This document shows positions 15,237-35,078 of a DNA stretch of 64,000 bases, piece after piece; within the stretch, counting starts at the first letter, position 1, and every line of letters starts with the position of its first letter. A program made the position numbers and the translations under genes. The DNA is from the human T2T-CHM13v2.0 reference genome, Homo sapiens. The notes beneath the pieces are model-generated. The model saw nothing but the letters and a program-made list of their open reading frames with translations, did no database searches and was not told where the DNA came from. The stretch lies in assembly GCF_009914755.1 (NCBI RefSeq), contig NC_060932.1; one strand, 5' to 3'.

Positions 15237-16128
15237 GGTACGGTCATTGTGCAGAGTTAAGTCACACAAGTCATGGACTTTTTTTTTTTTTTTTTTTGAC
15301 TTGGGCTCTTTCTCCAACTCAGAAAGAGATATCTTCTTCCTCCATGTGTCTTAATTAGACTTATTATCCAAAACTCTGTGAAAACCTTGCAGGCTGAATA
15401 TGTTTGCCAATACTTTAGTCAACCCCAGTCTCACTTTTCTGAAATTCCATCATGTAGTTAATGATAAAATTTAACTCTAAATTATTTGATAACAAATTCA
15501 TTTATTTTATTTCTAGTACTCCAAATAGTAATTGAATGTTTTAAAGGTAGGGATCATACCTCACATTACTTTCTCTTACTCTTTACAGCCCAGTATATTA
15601 ATAGTTGCACACAAATACAAAAAAAAATGAGGAAGAGAAAAAAAAGCATGAATAGAAGTAATTTGGAAGCAGCATTGAGTTAAAGCAAAAATGTGCACCT
15701 GTACTTTCAAAGTACCCAAGTTTCCTTTTAATATATTCCATATCTTGACTGCCTGACACCACTAAAGACATCTCATGAGGTGTCATACTCCTTTTGCTAG
15801 ACACTTTAGATTCTTTATCTATTCCCGCTCAATAGTAAGCAATAGAATATTTACTTATTTTTCTGTTCAATAGATATACTGAGAAAACTCTCTAAGAATT
15901 TTTTTAAGTCTTTTCTTAATTTCTACAGCTTAAGTCATCCACTGATACTGAAGTTGAGGATAAATAAAAATAAAAATTTTAAATTAAAAAAAAGAAGATG
16001 TGAAATATTTTCCTCAAAAAGTCATTTCCATAAGATCTGGTAAAAGGCAAACTATATGTTTGAAAATCATGATATACAGAATGAAACTTTAAAATCTGAT
16101 GAAGCTTACAAATACTTTATAGTCTTTT

Positions 16129-16248
<120 letters not shown>

Positions 16249-17407
16249 CTACATAAACAAAATGATGTGGTTCAGTACACATACATAAAAAGTTTAAATT
16301 TATTGTAGCATAGTCAATTATTATTATAAAAACAAGCTTAAGTACATGGCTTTATTTTTATACACATATTTACTTATATGAAAATCTTAGCATGATTAAA
16401 GTAAGAAAGGTGATTATATACACCTATGATAAAATGTAAGAAATAGCTACATGATAGTGGTAGAAAAAATAATACTTCATATCATATTAGAATTGCGGTT
16501 TTAATATTTTCCTATAACAATATGTTTTACTAAGATATTGCAGTGATTATATAAGTGAAAGGGCAGTATACATGGTGGTTTATAATAAATTGCTATAACA
16601 CACAAGGTGAAGTAGGTTAAAGAATAATTTTAAAATTTTTTCACAAAAATATTAAAACAAGTCAAAGTATATTAACTTTTATATTGAAATATAAAGTCCT
16701 GAAAGATCTGTTTGCACTTCTGAGATTTATAATTTTGTGATACAACTTTAAAGACTATAAATTATTAATTTTTAATTTTGCTTTCTCTGAAGAATTTATT
16801 TATCTAATATGTGAAACAGTATTTTCCTTAACTTTTTATCTTAATGAGTTTATTCTTTAAGGAAATTTTTATGTTACTATAAACCTGGGACCCTCGACAA
16901 AAAAAATCAAAAAAGATCAATATAAATACATAAAATCAGAATATACATTGCAAATCCAGTTCCTTAGCAAAATATACTTGTAGTAAATTTTCACTAATTT
17001 GGGAAATGTATTGTTATGGAAGTTTCATTCAGTGTTTTAAGTGGCATTTCCCTTTATTTTCAAATTCTAAAAATCCAGGAATTCAGTTGTCACAATCCTA
17101 TGTGAATAGAGACAAAAGTAAAGATTAATTTTTACTTTAAAAGACTTTAATCTAATTAATTAAAATCAAGGAGAAAGGACTTCCCTAACTTTCCTAATTT
17201 TGACTCAAAATCAGTTTTGTTTACTTCCAAACAAAACAAATTTAGTCAATTCCAGCAATATTTCTCATGTGCATATTTTATTATCAAATTGAGCACCCTT
17301 TTGACCTCAGACACAAACCAGGATCAATGTTGTAAAACCCGTGGCTTATCAATCATTGATTTGTAAAATATTCTGAAAGGGCCATGAAAATCAAAACCAC
17401 AACTTTA

Positions 17408-17548
<141 letters not shown>

Positions 17549-18054
17549 TTAATGATAACAATTTAAGTAACTTTCAAGTGATAAATGCTTAAGTTATGCA
17601 TATTAAGTTGCTAAAATTGAATATCAGTGTCTCATCAAACTAGATACTATATTGAGACGTTGAGAACGTTCTGTGAACAAGATTTAACTGTAGATGTCAA
17701 GAATAATGCACATTTGAACATCATTATAAAGCTATACAATTTTAATTTTTATGGCACCAGTCATTAAGCTAGCTGTGTGAATATACCTAAATTGTGTTTT
17801 AACTCCAGGCTTAATTGTTTTCTACTGTGAAACAAAAGTAAAAATTTCTGAAAAGAAAATTCCTACATGAAAATTAAAAATAATTTATTATGATAATAGA
17901 AATAAATAATACTTTAAAAACATTCTTAGCAAAAACTTAAAAATTATTTGCTATTTTGTCTTCCTTGCTTAACTCTTTCTTCTTTTATTCTGAATCGGCT
18001 TTTAAATTTATGAGGTACATTTTGATGTACTTCTTATTATATGTAAAATTTTTA

Positions 18055-18447
<393 letters not shown>

Positions 18448-18544
18448 TTATGTGCTACTTGAATTCAGTATTTTTCTGATAAGGAGATAACAATGTAATT
18501 CAAAACACTTTCATTATTTTTATTAGGTAAGAACTTATTTTTTA

Positions 18545-21556
<3,012 letters not shown>

Positions 21557-23805
21557 TGATTCGGTTTGGCTGTGTCCCCTCCATATTCCACTTCCCATGT
21601 GTCTCCTCCCACAACACGTGGGAATTCTCATCTTGAATTCCCACGTGTTGTGGGAGGAACCTGGTGGGAGGTAACTGAATCATGGGTGAAAGTCTCTTCC
21701 ATGCTGTTTTCATGACAGTGAATAAGTTTCATGAGTACTGATGGTTTTAAAAAGAGGAGTTCCCCTGCACGAGCTCTCTCTCTTTGACTGCTGTCACCCA
21801 TGTAAGACAGGACTTGCTCTTCCTTGCCTTCCACCATGATTATGAGGCTTCACCAGCCCTGTGGAACTGCAAGTCCAATTAAACCTCTTTCTTTTGTAAA
21901 TTGCCCAGTCTCAGGTATGTCTTTATCAGCAGCATGAAAACTGACTAATATCGTAAATTGGTACCAGTAGAGTGGGGTGTTACTGAAAAGATACTCAAAA
22001 ATGTGGCAGCCACTTTGGAACTGGATAACTGACAGAAGTTGGAACAGTTTGGAGGGCTCAGAAGAAGACAGGAAAAGATGGGAAAGTTTGGAACTTCCTA
22101 GAGACTTGTTGCATGGCTTTGACAAAAATGCTGATAGTGATATGAAGGGTAAGTTCCAGTCTGAGGTGGTCTCAGACAGAGATGAGGAACTTGTTGGGAA
22201 CTGAAGCAAAGGTGACTCTTGTTATGTTTTAGCAAAGAGACTGGCAGCATTTTGCCCCTGCCCTAGAGATTTGTGGAACTTTGAACTTGAGAGAGATGAT
22301 TTAGGTTATCTGGAGGAAGACATTTCTAAGGGGCAAAGCATTCAAGACATGAATTGGGTGCTGTTAAAAGCATTCAGTTTTATAAGGGAAGCAGAGTATA
22401 AAAGTTTGAAAAATGTGCAGTCTGACAATGTGATAGAAAAGAAAATCCCATTTTCTGAGGAGAAATTCAAGCCAGCTGCATAAATTTGCATAAGCAATGA
22501 GGAGTCGAATGTTAATCCCCAAGACAATGGGGAAAATGTTTCCAGGGCATGTCAGAGGTCTTCATGGCAGCCCCTCCCATCACAGGCCTAGAGGCCTAGG
22601 AGGAAAAAGTGGTTTCATGGGCCAGGCCCAGGGTCCCCATGCTGTGTGCAGCCTAGGGACTTGATGACCTTCATCCCAGCCTCAAGCCTTGGCAGCTTCC
22701 ACGTGGTGTTGAGCCTGAGAGTACACAGAAGTCAAGAATTGAGGTTTGGGAACCTCTGCCTAGATTTCAGAAGATGTATAGAAATGCCTGGATTTCCAGG
22801 TAGAAGTTTGCTGCAGAGGCAGGGCTCTCATGGAGAACATCTGATAGGGTAGTGTGGAAGGGAAATGTGGGGTTAGAGCCCCTACACAGAGTCCCTACTG
22901 GGGCACTGCCTAGTGGAGCTATGAAAAGAAGGCCACCATCCTCCAGACCCCAGAATGGTTGATCCACTGACAGCTTGAATCATGCACCTACAAAAGCTGC
23001 AGACACTCAATGTTAGCAGACAGGAGTGAGGCTGTACCCTGCAGAGCCACGAGGGTGGAGCTTCCTAAGAGGGAACCTACCTCTTACATCAGGATGACCT
23101 GGATGTGAGACATGGAGTCAAAGGAGATCATTTTGGCACTTTAAGATATGACTGCCCCATTTGATTTTGAACTTGCATGGGGCCTGTAGCACCTTTGTTT
23201 TGGCCAATTTCTCCCATTTTGAATGGCTGTATTTACCCAATGCCTGTACCCCCACTGTATCTCGGAAGTAAACTGCTTTTGATTTTACTGGCTCATAGAT
23301 GGAAGGGACTTGCCTTGTCTTGAATTAGACTTTGGACTGTGAACTACTGAGTTAATGCTGAAATTAGTTAAGACTTTTGGGGACTGTTGGGAAGGCATGA
23401 TTGGTTTTGAAATGTGAAGATGTGGGATTTGGGAGAGGCCGGGGGTGGAATGATATGGTTTGGCTGTGTCCCCACCCACATCTCATCTTGAATTCCCATG
23501 TATTGTGGGAGGAACCCAGTGGCAGGTAATTGAATCATGGAGCAAGTCTTTCCCATGCTGTTCTTGTGACAGTGAATAAGTCTCACAAGATCTGACGGTC
23601 TTTAAAAGAGGAATTCCCCTGCACAAGTTCCCTCTCTTTGCCTGCTATCATCTATGTAAGACGTGACTTGCTGTACTTTGCCTTCTGCCATGATTGTGAG
23701 GCTTCACCAGCCCTGTGGAACTGTAAGTCCAGTTAAACCTCTTACTTTGTAAATTGCCCAGTCTCTGGTATGTCTTTATCAGAAGCATGAAACCAGACTA
23801 ATACA
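21557..23805 (+). mobile_element. Full-length THE1C MaLR: 5'LTR 21557-21952, internal 21953-23450, 3'LTR 23451-23805
   Basis: Two LTRs starting TGAT..GGTTTGGCTGTGTCCCC. Internal region starts gtaaattggtaccagtagagtgggg. The L1 3'UTR is split around it. Confidence 0.93.
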
Positions 23806-23943
23806 ATTGCTATGCTGACTACCGAGGTGATGAGATTATTCATACCCCAAACCTCAGCATCATGCAGTAAACCTATGTAATAAACATACCCACATATCCC
23901 CTAAATCTAAAATAAAAGTTAAAATTATGTTTTTTTAAAAAAG
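23806..23943 (+). mobile_element. Remaining 3' end of the L1PA15/16 element
   Basis: 'tatgctgactacc.aggtga...ccccaaacctcagcatcatgca...aatctaaaataaaagtt'. Confidence 0.88.
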
Positions 23944-24269
23944 AGTTTATTTTTCAAAATAAACTAAAAACATAGTAAAAGTAAATGGTTTTCTGAAAAT
24001 GATTCATTGAAAGCCTTAACAAAATGTTTGCTTTTTTGCCAAAACATTTTTCAAATATGCAACTATTATTATTAAAAACTTTTCATCTTCATTAAAAGCC
24101 ATTGTTTATTATTCATTTTGTTGTAATTACATTTTCAGGCTAATCTAATGCATATTTAAATGGGTTAGAAAAAGAGGTCACCACTCCAGCAGCATTATAC
24201 TGTATACATACGGATTTCATTTTTAAAAAGCATTGAAAACTAAACCCTAAAGAATGATAATGCTTTATA

Positions 24270-24500
24270 TGTATTCCTTCATTCCTGTGCCAGATTATTT
24301 CTCTCTGATAGATATTCTTGTAGCACCACCCTCTACATTCTTTTTGGATACTTAACACAATCTGATAATATATAAATAATTGTGCAATTAATTGTTCAAT
24401 ATTTATCTCCCATCTGAGAATGAAAGCTCCAGAAGGGCCGTTAGAGAACAGTGTCTTGAGGAGGCACTCAGTAAACATTACTTGTGTGAATGAATGAATA
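24270..24500 (+). mobile_element. L2 3' fragment
   Basis: Ends 'aggcactcagtaaacattacttgtgtgaatgaatgaat'. Confidence 0.6.
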
Positions 24501-26530
24501 ATATAAGAAAGAGAGTGTATCCCTATATCTAGATTATTTCTTAATAAATATTAATGCCTAATTATGCAAAGGAAAGCTATCTAATAACACAATGGTTAGA
24601 GTAGCTTAAATCATGCCAAACTGGATGACATTTAACAATAGAAAATGCCATAAAAGCAGTGACTTGATAGAGTTATGATTAGATTAGAAAGTCAGGCAGT
24701 AAAGATCAGGAGTAAAGTGGTCATTTGGGAATACATTTGAGGCAGTCTTGAATTAGATAAGGAGAGTCTGTACATTGCAATCCCAATGCCCAGTGCCTTA
24801 ATTAGTTAGGTCTCCAAGCATGCATCATGTTCTATTCCTTTTTGTAGTATTGAATTTATGGACCTAGGAAAACTTGGTTACTATTAAATTGTGACCTAAT
24901 TTTAAATGTTTAAGGGTTTACAACTTTCTTCTCCAACTAGATTTTGGAATCTAAGAAGAGATAGAAATTGCCTTCCCTGTGTATTAATCTTACTTAATAC
25001 CCGTTGATAAGCCTCACACATCAAATTCATCTGATTTCATAGAGTCTTCATCAGAAACTACCGAATACAAAAATAGTGAACTATGATATAAACATGTATG
25101 CTTTGTCTATACAATTTCACCTTCCTTTGGTACAATTTTAGTTTCTTGGGAGTCCTGAACAGTAAATTTATTACTCTTCACCAGTAAGGACATTCTTGCA
25201 ATCATTCTCACTGAGAAGGCCAAATTTTGTACACATTCATTTCTCTTCCTTTCTAATCAAATACTCTATTCAGGGTCATATATATAAAAAACTATCAAAA
25301 TCCAGTAGCGACAGTTTCCTTCTCCAAGAGGAGAATAAATAAAACTATGTTAGTGAGGTAGCTGAATACTGAGATGCTCATTTTTAAACAAGATTTTACA
25401 TAATATACATAAACAAAATAAAATGTTTGTGAAGGTGTTTTAACTTTTTAAAAAATGACACAAAACTCTATAAACTAGGTAAAAGCAATTTTGTAAGTTA
25501 AAACAAATTCTTATATGTATATAATCACAGAGATAAATAACCAAATGTAAATATGCCAAATGGTGGTTGTAATTCTTGATTATAAGATTACTGGTGATTT
25601 GTATGTCATTCCTTGTATTTTCCTGCATCTCCAGAGTTTCTATAATAACATAAATTATTTTTGTATATAATAAAATAACTTATAACCTAGATGAATTAGT
25701 ACTAGCAGAAAATTTAGAAGTACAGGAACATATTCCCTTCAATTTTTCTAGATGATATTGAATTGGGCTAGCTAAGTTCATTTGAAGAGATCAATCAGCA
25801 ACTGATTTGTGTTAGGGAAGAAAATAATGATATAATCAGATAAGTCATATGCTGATGGCTTCATTCATTTTTTTGCAGCAGTTTCTTTTTCATGTGCAGT
25901 AAAGAAAATGAAACAAAAATACATGAAAGTCCTACAGTTTGAATTTTGCAGCCATTTTTTAAATTTACACAAATAAATCTCCAAGTGGTTAAATATTAAC
26001 TCTAAAATATCTTTGGGAATTATTTTTCACCTCTTTATAAGTGACAAAATCAATAAGTTATTTGTAGGAATCAATAAGAGAATTTTTTTGTAGAAATGTG
26101 GAAAAGGCTTCTCTTCTGCTTAACCAAGGCTAGTTTCCTGCTTAACAAAAGACATCAAAACATTGAGTCATTTTAAGGTTCATGAGTATAAATTTTGTAA
26201 AATTATGCCGTTGGCAACCAAAGCTGCTCTCTGATTAAATATTTTTTAATGGGATTGGATCAATTAATCTGCTGTTGTAGCCAAAAAAAAGAAAAATCAG
26301 AAATGAATCCAGGGACCAATCCATACAAAAAATTGCACACAGTTATGTCTGTCTGCTGTCAAATGATTGCAGGCAGTTACCCTGGCTGAAAATATTAAAT
26401 CCTTACTGCTTCACATTACTAATATTTATTTATAATCAAAACGTATTATTTCCAATTCTGTTCACAAAGCAATCAATCAATCTGTATCAGAAATGTTGTT
26501 AATCATATCATATATAGTTGGTAATTCTGA

Positions 26531-26568
26531 ATGTGTGTGTGTAAATAAAAGTGTGTATGTATATATAT

Positions 26569-26623
<55 letters not shown>
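26531..26623. repeat. Compound (TG)n/(TA)n microsatellite
   Basis: Direct reading; long pure TA run around 26577-26623. Confidence 0.95.
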
Positions 26624-26629
<6 letters not shown>

Positions 26630-28059
26630 AGTATTCCAAATTGATTTCAAATGAGTGATTAACGCATTGAGATACGAAGACATGGAGGGGAAAATGTTTA
26701 ATTACTGCTAAGACACCCAGTAACATTGTTTTGTTAAAGGAAAAACTCATTCATAAATTTGACATGACAACCTATGTATCTATTTATTGAAAATGCAGAC
26801 CAAAAATATTGGTTTTGCATTTATGTGAGAAAGAAACAAAAGTTAAATCATGTGTCTTTGCACTAAAGGTGGTATTTAGTGATAGTAAAGATCTTTTTAT
26901 TCCAAATATGTTGCATGTCTTTGATTTTCATCTTTTCTCTAAATTGTGGATACAAGACAACTATTATGTTTATGTTGATACTACCTTTAAGGGTTTTAAA
27001 AAGATATACCAAAATTATCATTTCACATTCCACATCTATCATTATAAAGATAAGAGTTCAAGAATAATGTAGACATTTGTGGTAATCAAACGGTGAACCC
27101 AATATGAGTTGGTGTACTATTAATAGTTTGAAGACTTGTAGAAAACTGCTTTGGTAAACATGCAGATATTTTTCTGGCTTAAGGTACCTCAGAATCAATT
27201 GATTAATCTACTAAACAAATATTTTGTCAAATACCTAATCATGTAACAAGTAACTTCATGAATGTTTGTGGATAAACTTTTTTGGAAGCAATAATTCTGA
27301 CTATCATCACTGATGGGCAGCAATGCTTTGGGAACATGTAGCACAGGCTACATTAACATTTACCTTGATCCTTAATACTTTATTTACTTTATCTGTGCTT
27401 ACTGTAACTGATATTTAACTTAGAATTACTCTGTATAAGTAAATGAATACTCAGTAATACACACTACTTATCAAATTTTAGTCTATAGAATAATACTAAG
27501 TTAAATGAACAAAAAGTTAAATAGAATCACGACGTGTAGGTATTATTCATTCATTCAATAAGCTGTTGGTGAGTACCTATTGCGTGCTCTGTATCATGTT
27601 ACATTCCAGAAATGCAGAGATCAATCAGCAACATAAGCAACCATGCTCTAAAGAGACTCTTGACGGAACAGGAGAGGAGTTTGATTTGACAGATGATGAT
27701 TAGAGCGCGGTGGAACAATTGCAATAAATGAAGGTCATCCTTTGTTTAATTAGATAATTGCTCCATAGAAGTAACCCATATGAGTACTGAAAAATTATAT
27801 ATTTTACCAATTCATTATCCTGAGGGGTAGTTGTGTATGGTGTTCTGACACAGAAAGTAACATATTAAACGAATGGAGTTCTTAGAGATTTTTCTTTCTT
27901 TTTTGGAAAGGAGGGAAGTGTTTTTCTCAAAAACACATTGTAGTGTTCTGTGGAAGGCAGCAAGAAATGAAGCTGAAATGGAAGGCAGAATATAGACTGT
28001 GAACAGTCCTGAAATCTTAACCAACACAGGTATTTGAACTTTCTGTGTTTAATGCAGGG

Positions 28060-28295
28060 AGAATTCAGAGTTAAGACCACAACCTTTTGTGTGCATCCTG
28101 GCTCCTCTAGTTGCATGCTGGTTGGTTTGTTTTAAAGTCTGAGATGTTTTCTATGCCTCAGTTTCCTCACCTATAAAATGGGATGAGTAAATAGTGACTT
28201 CACAGTCATATTATGATACTTAAAGAAGTGCATGCATAATACTTAGAGTAGTGCCAGGAATATTGGAAGTGCCTAACAAATGTTAACTATTGTTG
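28060..28295 (+). mobile_element. MIR
   Basis: Core 'ctatgcctcagtttcctcacctataaaatggg' and tail 'aacaaatgttaactattgtt'. Confidence 0.75.
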
Positions 28296-30409
28296 AAGTG
28301 TTTCAGGCACTGAAGTGAGGATGTCCATTTGTATTTTAGATAAAAAGTATACTTTTCTTCTTGTCACGAAGGGTATATTTCTGTTTAAGATCAAGAGATT
28401 TCACATGTGTGCTCTAGTAGTATTAATACAAAAAATATATAAATATTTATATAAAGCACCACAAATTTAAGCATCCTGAGTCTTTCAACTGACTCAACAT
28501 GAGAGGCTTCTTCTATATGCAGCTAAAAGATTATTACCTTCACTGCAAGAAAACCCTGGGTACCAGGACCAGTGTCCCTAGCTCATGATATAACTAGAGA
28601 AATGTATGAAGACAAAAACACAATGTTTACAAAATTCAGAAACCTAGATTAGGCTAAAACTATCTCTACGTCATCATCACAAAGGGGTGAAAAATCAGTG
28701 AGATAATCAGGAAATAAAATATGATGGAAATAAAAGGAAGCAAACTGTGATAAATCTGTAAGGGCTTTATAGGGTTAAGAAGTGCAATGTGTTTATAAAG
28801 ATCAATTACACTTATTTGCATGCAATGTATTCTGAGTTAATGGCAATTGAAATTAGAAATGACAAATACTAATAATTTAATTTGGGCAGGAGGTATTTCT
28901 ACAATTAATATTTATTACATTTATGAATGTTGATGTGCATAAACTAGTTAAAACAAGAAAATTAGTGTAAGTAAAAATACAGTTAATCTTAAAATCCCTG
29001 TTTTTCCCAAATAATCAATTATATAATTAGCTCAAGGGAGAAGACCATTTTTAGTGATTATAAAAGTAAACTCATTAAGAACTAATGCATTATCTCTTAA
29101 GCATATTGCTCGAGGATGGGAAGCAGTAAAAATAATAACAGTTATGCTGAATTGAATCTTTTGCTATTTATAAGATAGAGTCAAATGGATACATTTCTGG
29201 GCATTTATTATTTTGAGACTAATTTTATGCTTTTTACAACTACTACAAGGGATAGAAAGATGCTTTCAGATATTCCAGTTTTTCCTAGGATTTTACTGAA
29301 AATTATAATCATGAGTGCTCTTAGGTGTAGGGGAAGAGAAAATCTATTCATTATGGTAACATGTACCTTTGCCTTCCTCAGGGACTACGTCCTGAGATTT
29401 TTGAAGACCTCTAAAGATCTTCAAAGGACCTTGAAACTACCATTACTTCATGCAGCCTTCTCTTTTAAAAACATGTATATTTTATAAGTTCAAAATGTAA
29501 TTCTGCTCATTGATTTACATATGCTGCAAGGTCCCTCTAGGATTTGCCATTAGTGAGATTTTAACATGTGTCTCTACAAATTTAAAGAAATGAGATGGAA
29601 AGGACATATTCATATTACAATCAGGCAAAGAGTCTAATCCAAGACTATTAATGCTGAGGCTTCACTAAAATCCAAGTGGCAGGACAACTGGAAAGTACAA
29701 GTTCTCTTAGTGGAAGCCTACCAACAATCAATATATTTAATGATATTCCATGAGCTAGGATCATTTTCCCTAGCAATAAAAATGATTATGCATGATATAA
29801 AATTACAAACAGGAGCAAATATATTTGAAAAAACAAACACACCAGAAAGCAAAAATTGTCAGTTTAAGAATTGATTCCCATATTCCAGTGCTAATGTGGA
29901 TCAGGAAAAAGAAAACTTGAATACTTCATGTGAGAAAAATTTGGGGTAAATTCTATGAATTCAGCACAGCTACATTTGTTCACAAGACTATGTAACCAAT
30001 ATATGTTCCTAATACAAGTAATGATGTAGCTTTATTTGGATTTATGATAGCCTATATCATAAAATACCAAAATAGTAATCAGCCTCCACTAAATAATGTT
30101 TAAACTTCTCTCTAATGAATAGAGAGAAATGTGTCCACCAATATCTGGTATGTTTGCCTTAATTTTCCTATGTCTCCCAAAGTTGCCAAGCAAATAGATT
30201 TTCTTGAATTCTGCCTGCCTCCTTCCTCTTCAATATTCAATCCCCTTTGTTATTAACAGAAAGCAAAATTGGCTCTTTTTCTCAACCTTTCCATTAATAT
30301 TTGAAACTTATTTATATGTTAGGTAATTTTTGTTAGCACAAAATCAGTAGAAGACATCAAAGTTTAAGAAAAAACAATTAGGGTGAAGACACAAATTGAG
30401 AAATTTATA

Positions 30410-32032
<1,623 letters not shown>

Positions 32033-32379
32033 TATTTATTACCTTGCTTTGTATGTCTGTAACTTAGAAAAACTGCACCAATTCAATTTATTTGTGGCAT
32101 ATCTATAACCTCCAAAATAGTATAGTTTGAGCAGCATGACTATAAATATTTAAAATATATGTATATAATAAATGTGCTATCACATTACAATTTTTTCTTA
32201 CTTTACAAGTAGCACTATATTCACCGTCCATACAAGTTTTACTCTTTGAAGAATACATCTATCTTGTCATTATCATTAGAAATTAGGAAATACTTTTGGT
32301 TCCTAGATTCCACAGAAACATATGAGATCCAATTACTACAGTTAAATAAAAGCACTTATGCTGACCTTGATATAATTAA

Positions 32380-33980
32380 ATCAATACCTAGATGCTGAAA
32401 ACAAAAAAGTCTAGGGAGTTGAAAGGCCAGCTCTCCAATTAATTAAAGCAAAACTGTTATCATGTAAGAAGTGATATTATCTAAAGTGAAAAACAAAACA
32501 GAAGACCAGAAACCTGAGAATCATCCTCTACTCCTTTTTCTCTCTCATCCCCAACATCTAATTGGCCATAAAGCTTTTCAATTATATCTTATTAATATCT
32601 CTTGAATCTGCTGCCATTTCATCTACACAACCACAACTACTGCCTTCAGAGTTTCCCTTGTGAACCAATGCAACAGCCTCCTCTTAAATTTCTTTCCTTG
32701 GGCTTATTCTCACCATGTAATGCATACTTCACTTTCCAAAATAAAAAGTCCTCTTTAAAATTCAAAACTTTTGTTACTCTAAAAATCCAAGTCCTTCAAT
32801 GAGGCTACTCTTTCTCCAAGAAAAAAGCCTATGCCACATTTTAAATCTATACCATTTGACTACTCCAGCTATGTGGGTTTATCTCATCAGCTATAAAGGG
32901 TAGCATTTATTAAGGGTTTACTATATAACTGGCACTGCAATAAGCACTTTATTTATTTAATTATAAAGCAATCTTTCAAATTAGAACTATGTATTATGGG
33001 TGAGATAACTTGGTTTTTAGGGAACCTCAAAAATTTTCTGAGTGTCACATGGCCATCAAATGGCAGCGTCAAGATAGAAACCTGAGTCTGACTCCAGAGT
33101 AAATGCTCTTATATCTATCTGCATTCCAGGAGGTCCCTTCAAATGCCAAGCCATTCTCATATCTATCTTTAAATTCTTATTTGCCAGAAGGAATTCTTTT
33201 GACTTTTGATGAGGTTTTCCCTGACTCTACCACCAGTAACCCCTAATACAAATGATCTCCACCTTCTCTGTTCATCACCTAAATTATACAAGATATTTTC
33301 ATACTTTGGCCATTGTGAGAGTCACTTTGGGACCTTGGTAAAAATGCAAATACTTGAGTGAATCTCAGATAAACTGACTTGACATTCTGGGTTGGTAGCC
33401 TTGTCATCTGGAGTTTCTAAAAGACTTCAAGATGATTGCAATGCACAATTATCTGAGAAGTACTAACTTACATAAACATATTAATAGTGCTTACACCATT
33501 TTGCAATTGCTCTACTTGTTTACATGTCCTTACTCTTAATTAGTCTAAAAATATTTTAAGGCTAGATGTTACACAAATTTGCAGCACCTACACCTAGAAA
33601 ATGTACCTTGCATTTAACAAGTACTCAATAAATACTTGATGAATAAATGAATGGGTTTGTTCTCAGATTTGAAAAGCAATATGAAGATGAAAAATTATGG
33701 GAGGAGGTTATAAGTAGGGATATAATACAGGAGTTAGGACTAATTGCTTTGGAATAAAATTATCTGAGGTCTACTCTACAACTTACTAACTTAAAAGTAC
33801 CTAAGCTCTGAGATTATTTTCTATAATTTTCCATTTGTAAAATAGGGTTAAAAATGTATCTGCCTCACAGTAATTTAAAAAAATAAAACAAAAATACCTC
33901 TATGAAACATTTAGCAATGTGCTTGACATATACTGAGTACTTGAAAATGTTAGCTTTTTAAACATATAATGATAATAGCA
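32380..33980. mobile_element. Cluster of ancient repeats: L2 (+) pieces, MIR (-) ~32890-33125, MER5-like ~33300-33470, MIR (+) ~33715-33980
   Basis: L2 terminus 'actcaataaatacttgatgaataaatgaatg'; MER5-like 'taaaaatgcaaatac...gatgattgcaatgcac...tgagaagtact'; MIR 'catttgtaaaatagggtt'. Confidence 0.55.
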
Positions 33981-34472
33981 TAATGTTGTATAACCTTCTT
34001 TATTATAATTATAATAATGACAGTGGAGGTATCATTAGCTAGTTTCGAAGAATCTAAGCAGTCATTCAAATGCTTACAGTTCATAATACTCTGGTACAAA
34101 TGGCTATTTACAATGTGGATCTACCACACTTTGAAAGTAGTCATAGACAAGTCAATGTGAGCCTCAAATATTGGTTCTTTTCATATTATTAAATAGTTTT
34201 CTTTGCTTTTATTATTTTAAAAGGAAAAATATATGAAAACATTTAACGCAGCTATATAGAAAACTTTATTTAAAAATATAAACTTTTAGATTTGTTTAAT
34301 GCTTGAAAGGAATAAAAAATTTACAAAAACCCAAAAGCAAGATTTTTCTTACTCTAAAAAATATAATTTTTGAAATTTAGTTCCCCTTCTTTAATAAGCA
34401 ATTAACAAAAGAACATATTACAAACTAGCACATTTGGTGCAAGTAGCTTGTTAGAAGTCAGGTATTTGGTGA

Positions 34473-34918
34473 CCATCAATAATAGACTGGATAAAGAAAA
34501 TGTAACACATATACACCATGGAATACTATGTAGTCATAAAAAAGAATGAGTTCATGTCATTTGCAGGGACATGGATGAAGCTGGAAACCATCATCCTCAG
34601 CAAACTAACACAGGAACAGACAACAAAACCCCACATGTTCTCACTCATAGGTGGGAGCTGAACAGTGAGAACACATGGACACAGGGAGGGGAACATCACA
34701 TACCAGGGCCTGTTGGGAGTTGGGGTGCAAGGGCAGGGAGAGCATTAGGACAAATACCTAATGCATGCGGGGCTTAAAACCTGGATTACAGTTTGATAGG
34801 TGCAGCAAACCACCATAGCACATGTATACCTATGTAACAAACCTGCACGTTCTGCACATGTATCCCAGAACTTAAAGTAAAAGAAAAACTAAAAATAAAT
34901 AAAAATTAAATAAATAAA
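34473..34918 (+). mobile_element. L1PA7/8-like 3' end, 5'-truncated
   Basis: 'taatgcatgcggggcttaaaacct...ttctgcacatgtatcccagaacttaaagtaaaa' plus A-rich tail. TSD agtcaggtatttg at 34456-34468 and 35093-35105. Confidence 0.92.
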
Positions 34919-34935
34919 TCACAATTTGCTATTGC

Positions 34936-35011
34936 AAGAAGAAGAAGAAGAGGGGGAGGAGGAGGAGGAAGAAGAAGAAGAAGAGAAAGAGGAAGAGGAA
35001 GAAGAAGAGGA

Positions 35012-35078
<67 letters not shown>

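Noticed and set aside
21628-23586. Cluster of 60-120 aa ORFs on both strands
   Set aside because: Broken pieces of the THE1 internal ORF and LTRs; no intact protein.
33050-33068. CTCF-like ggccatcaaatggcagc
   Set aside because: Mismatches at core positions, and it lies in a MIR where similar sequence is ancestral.
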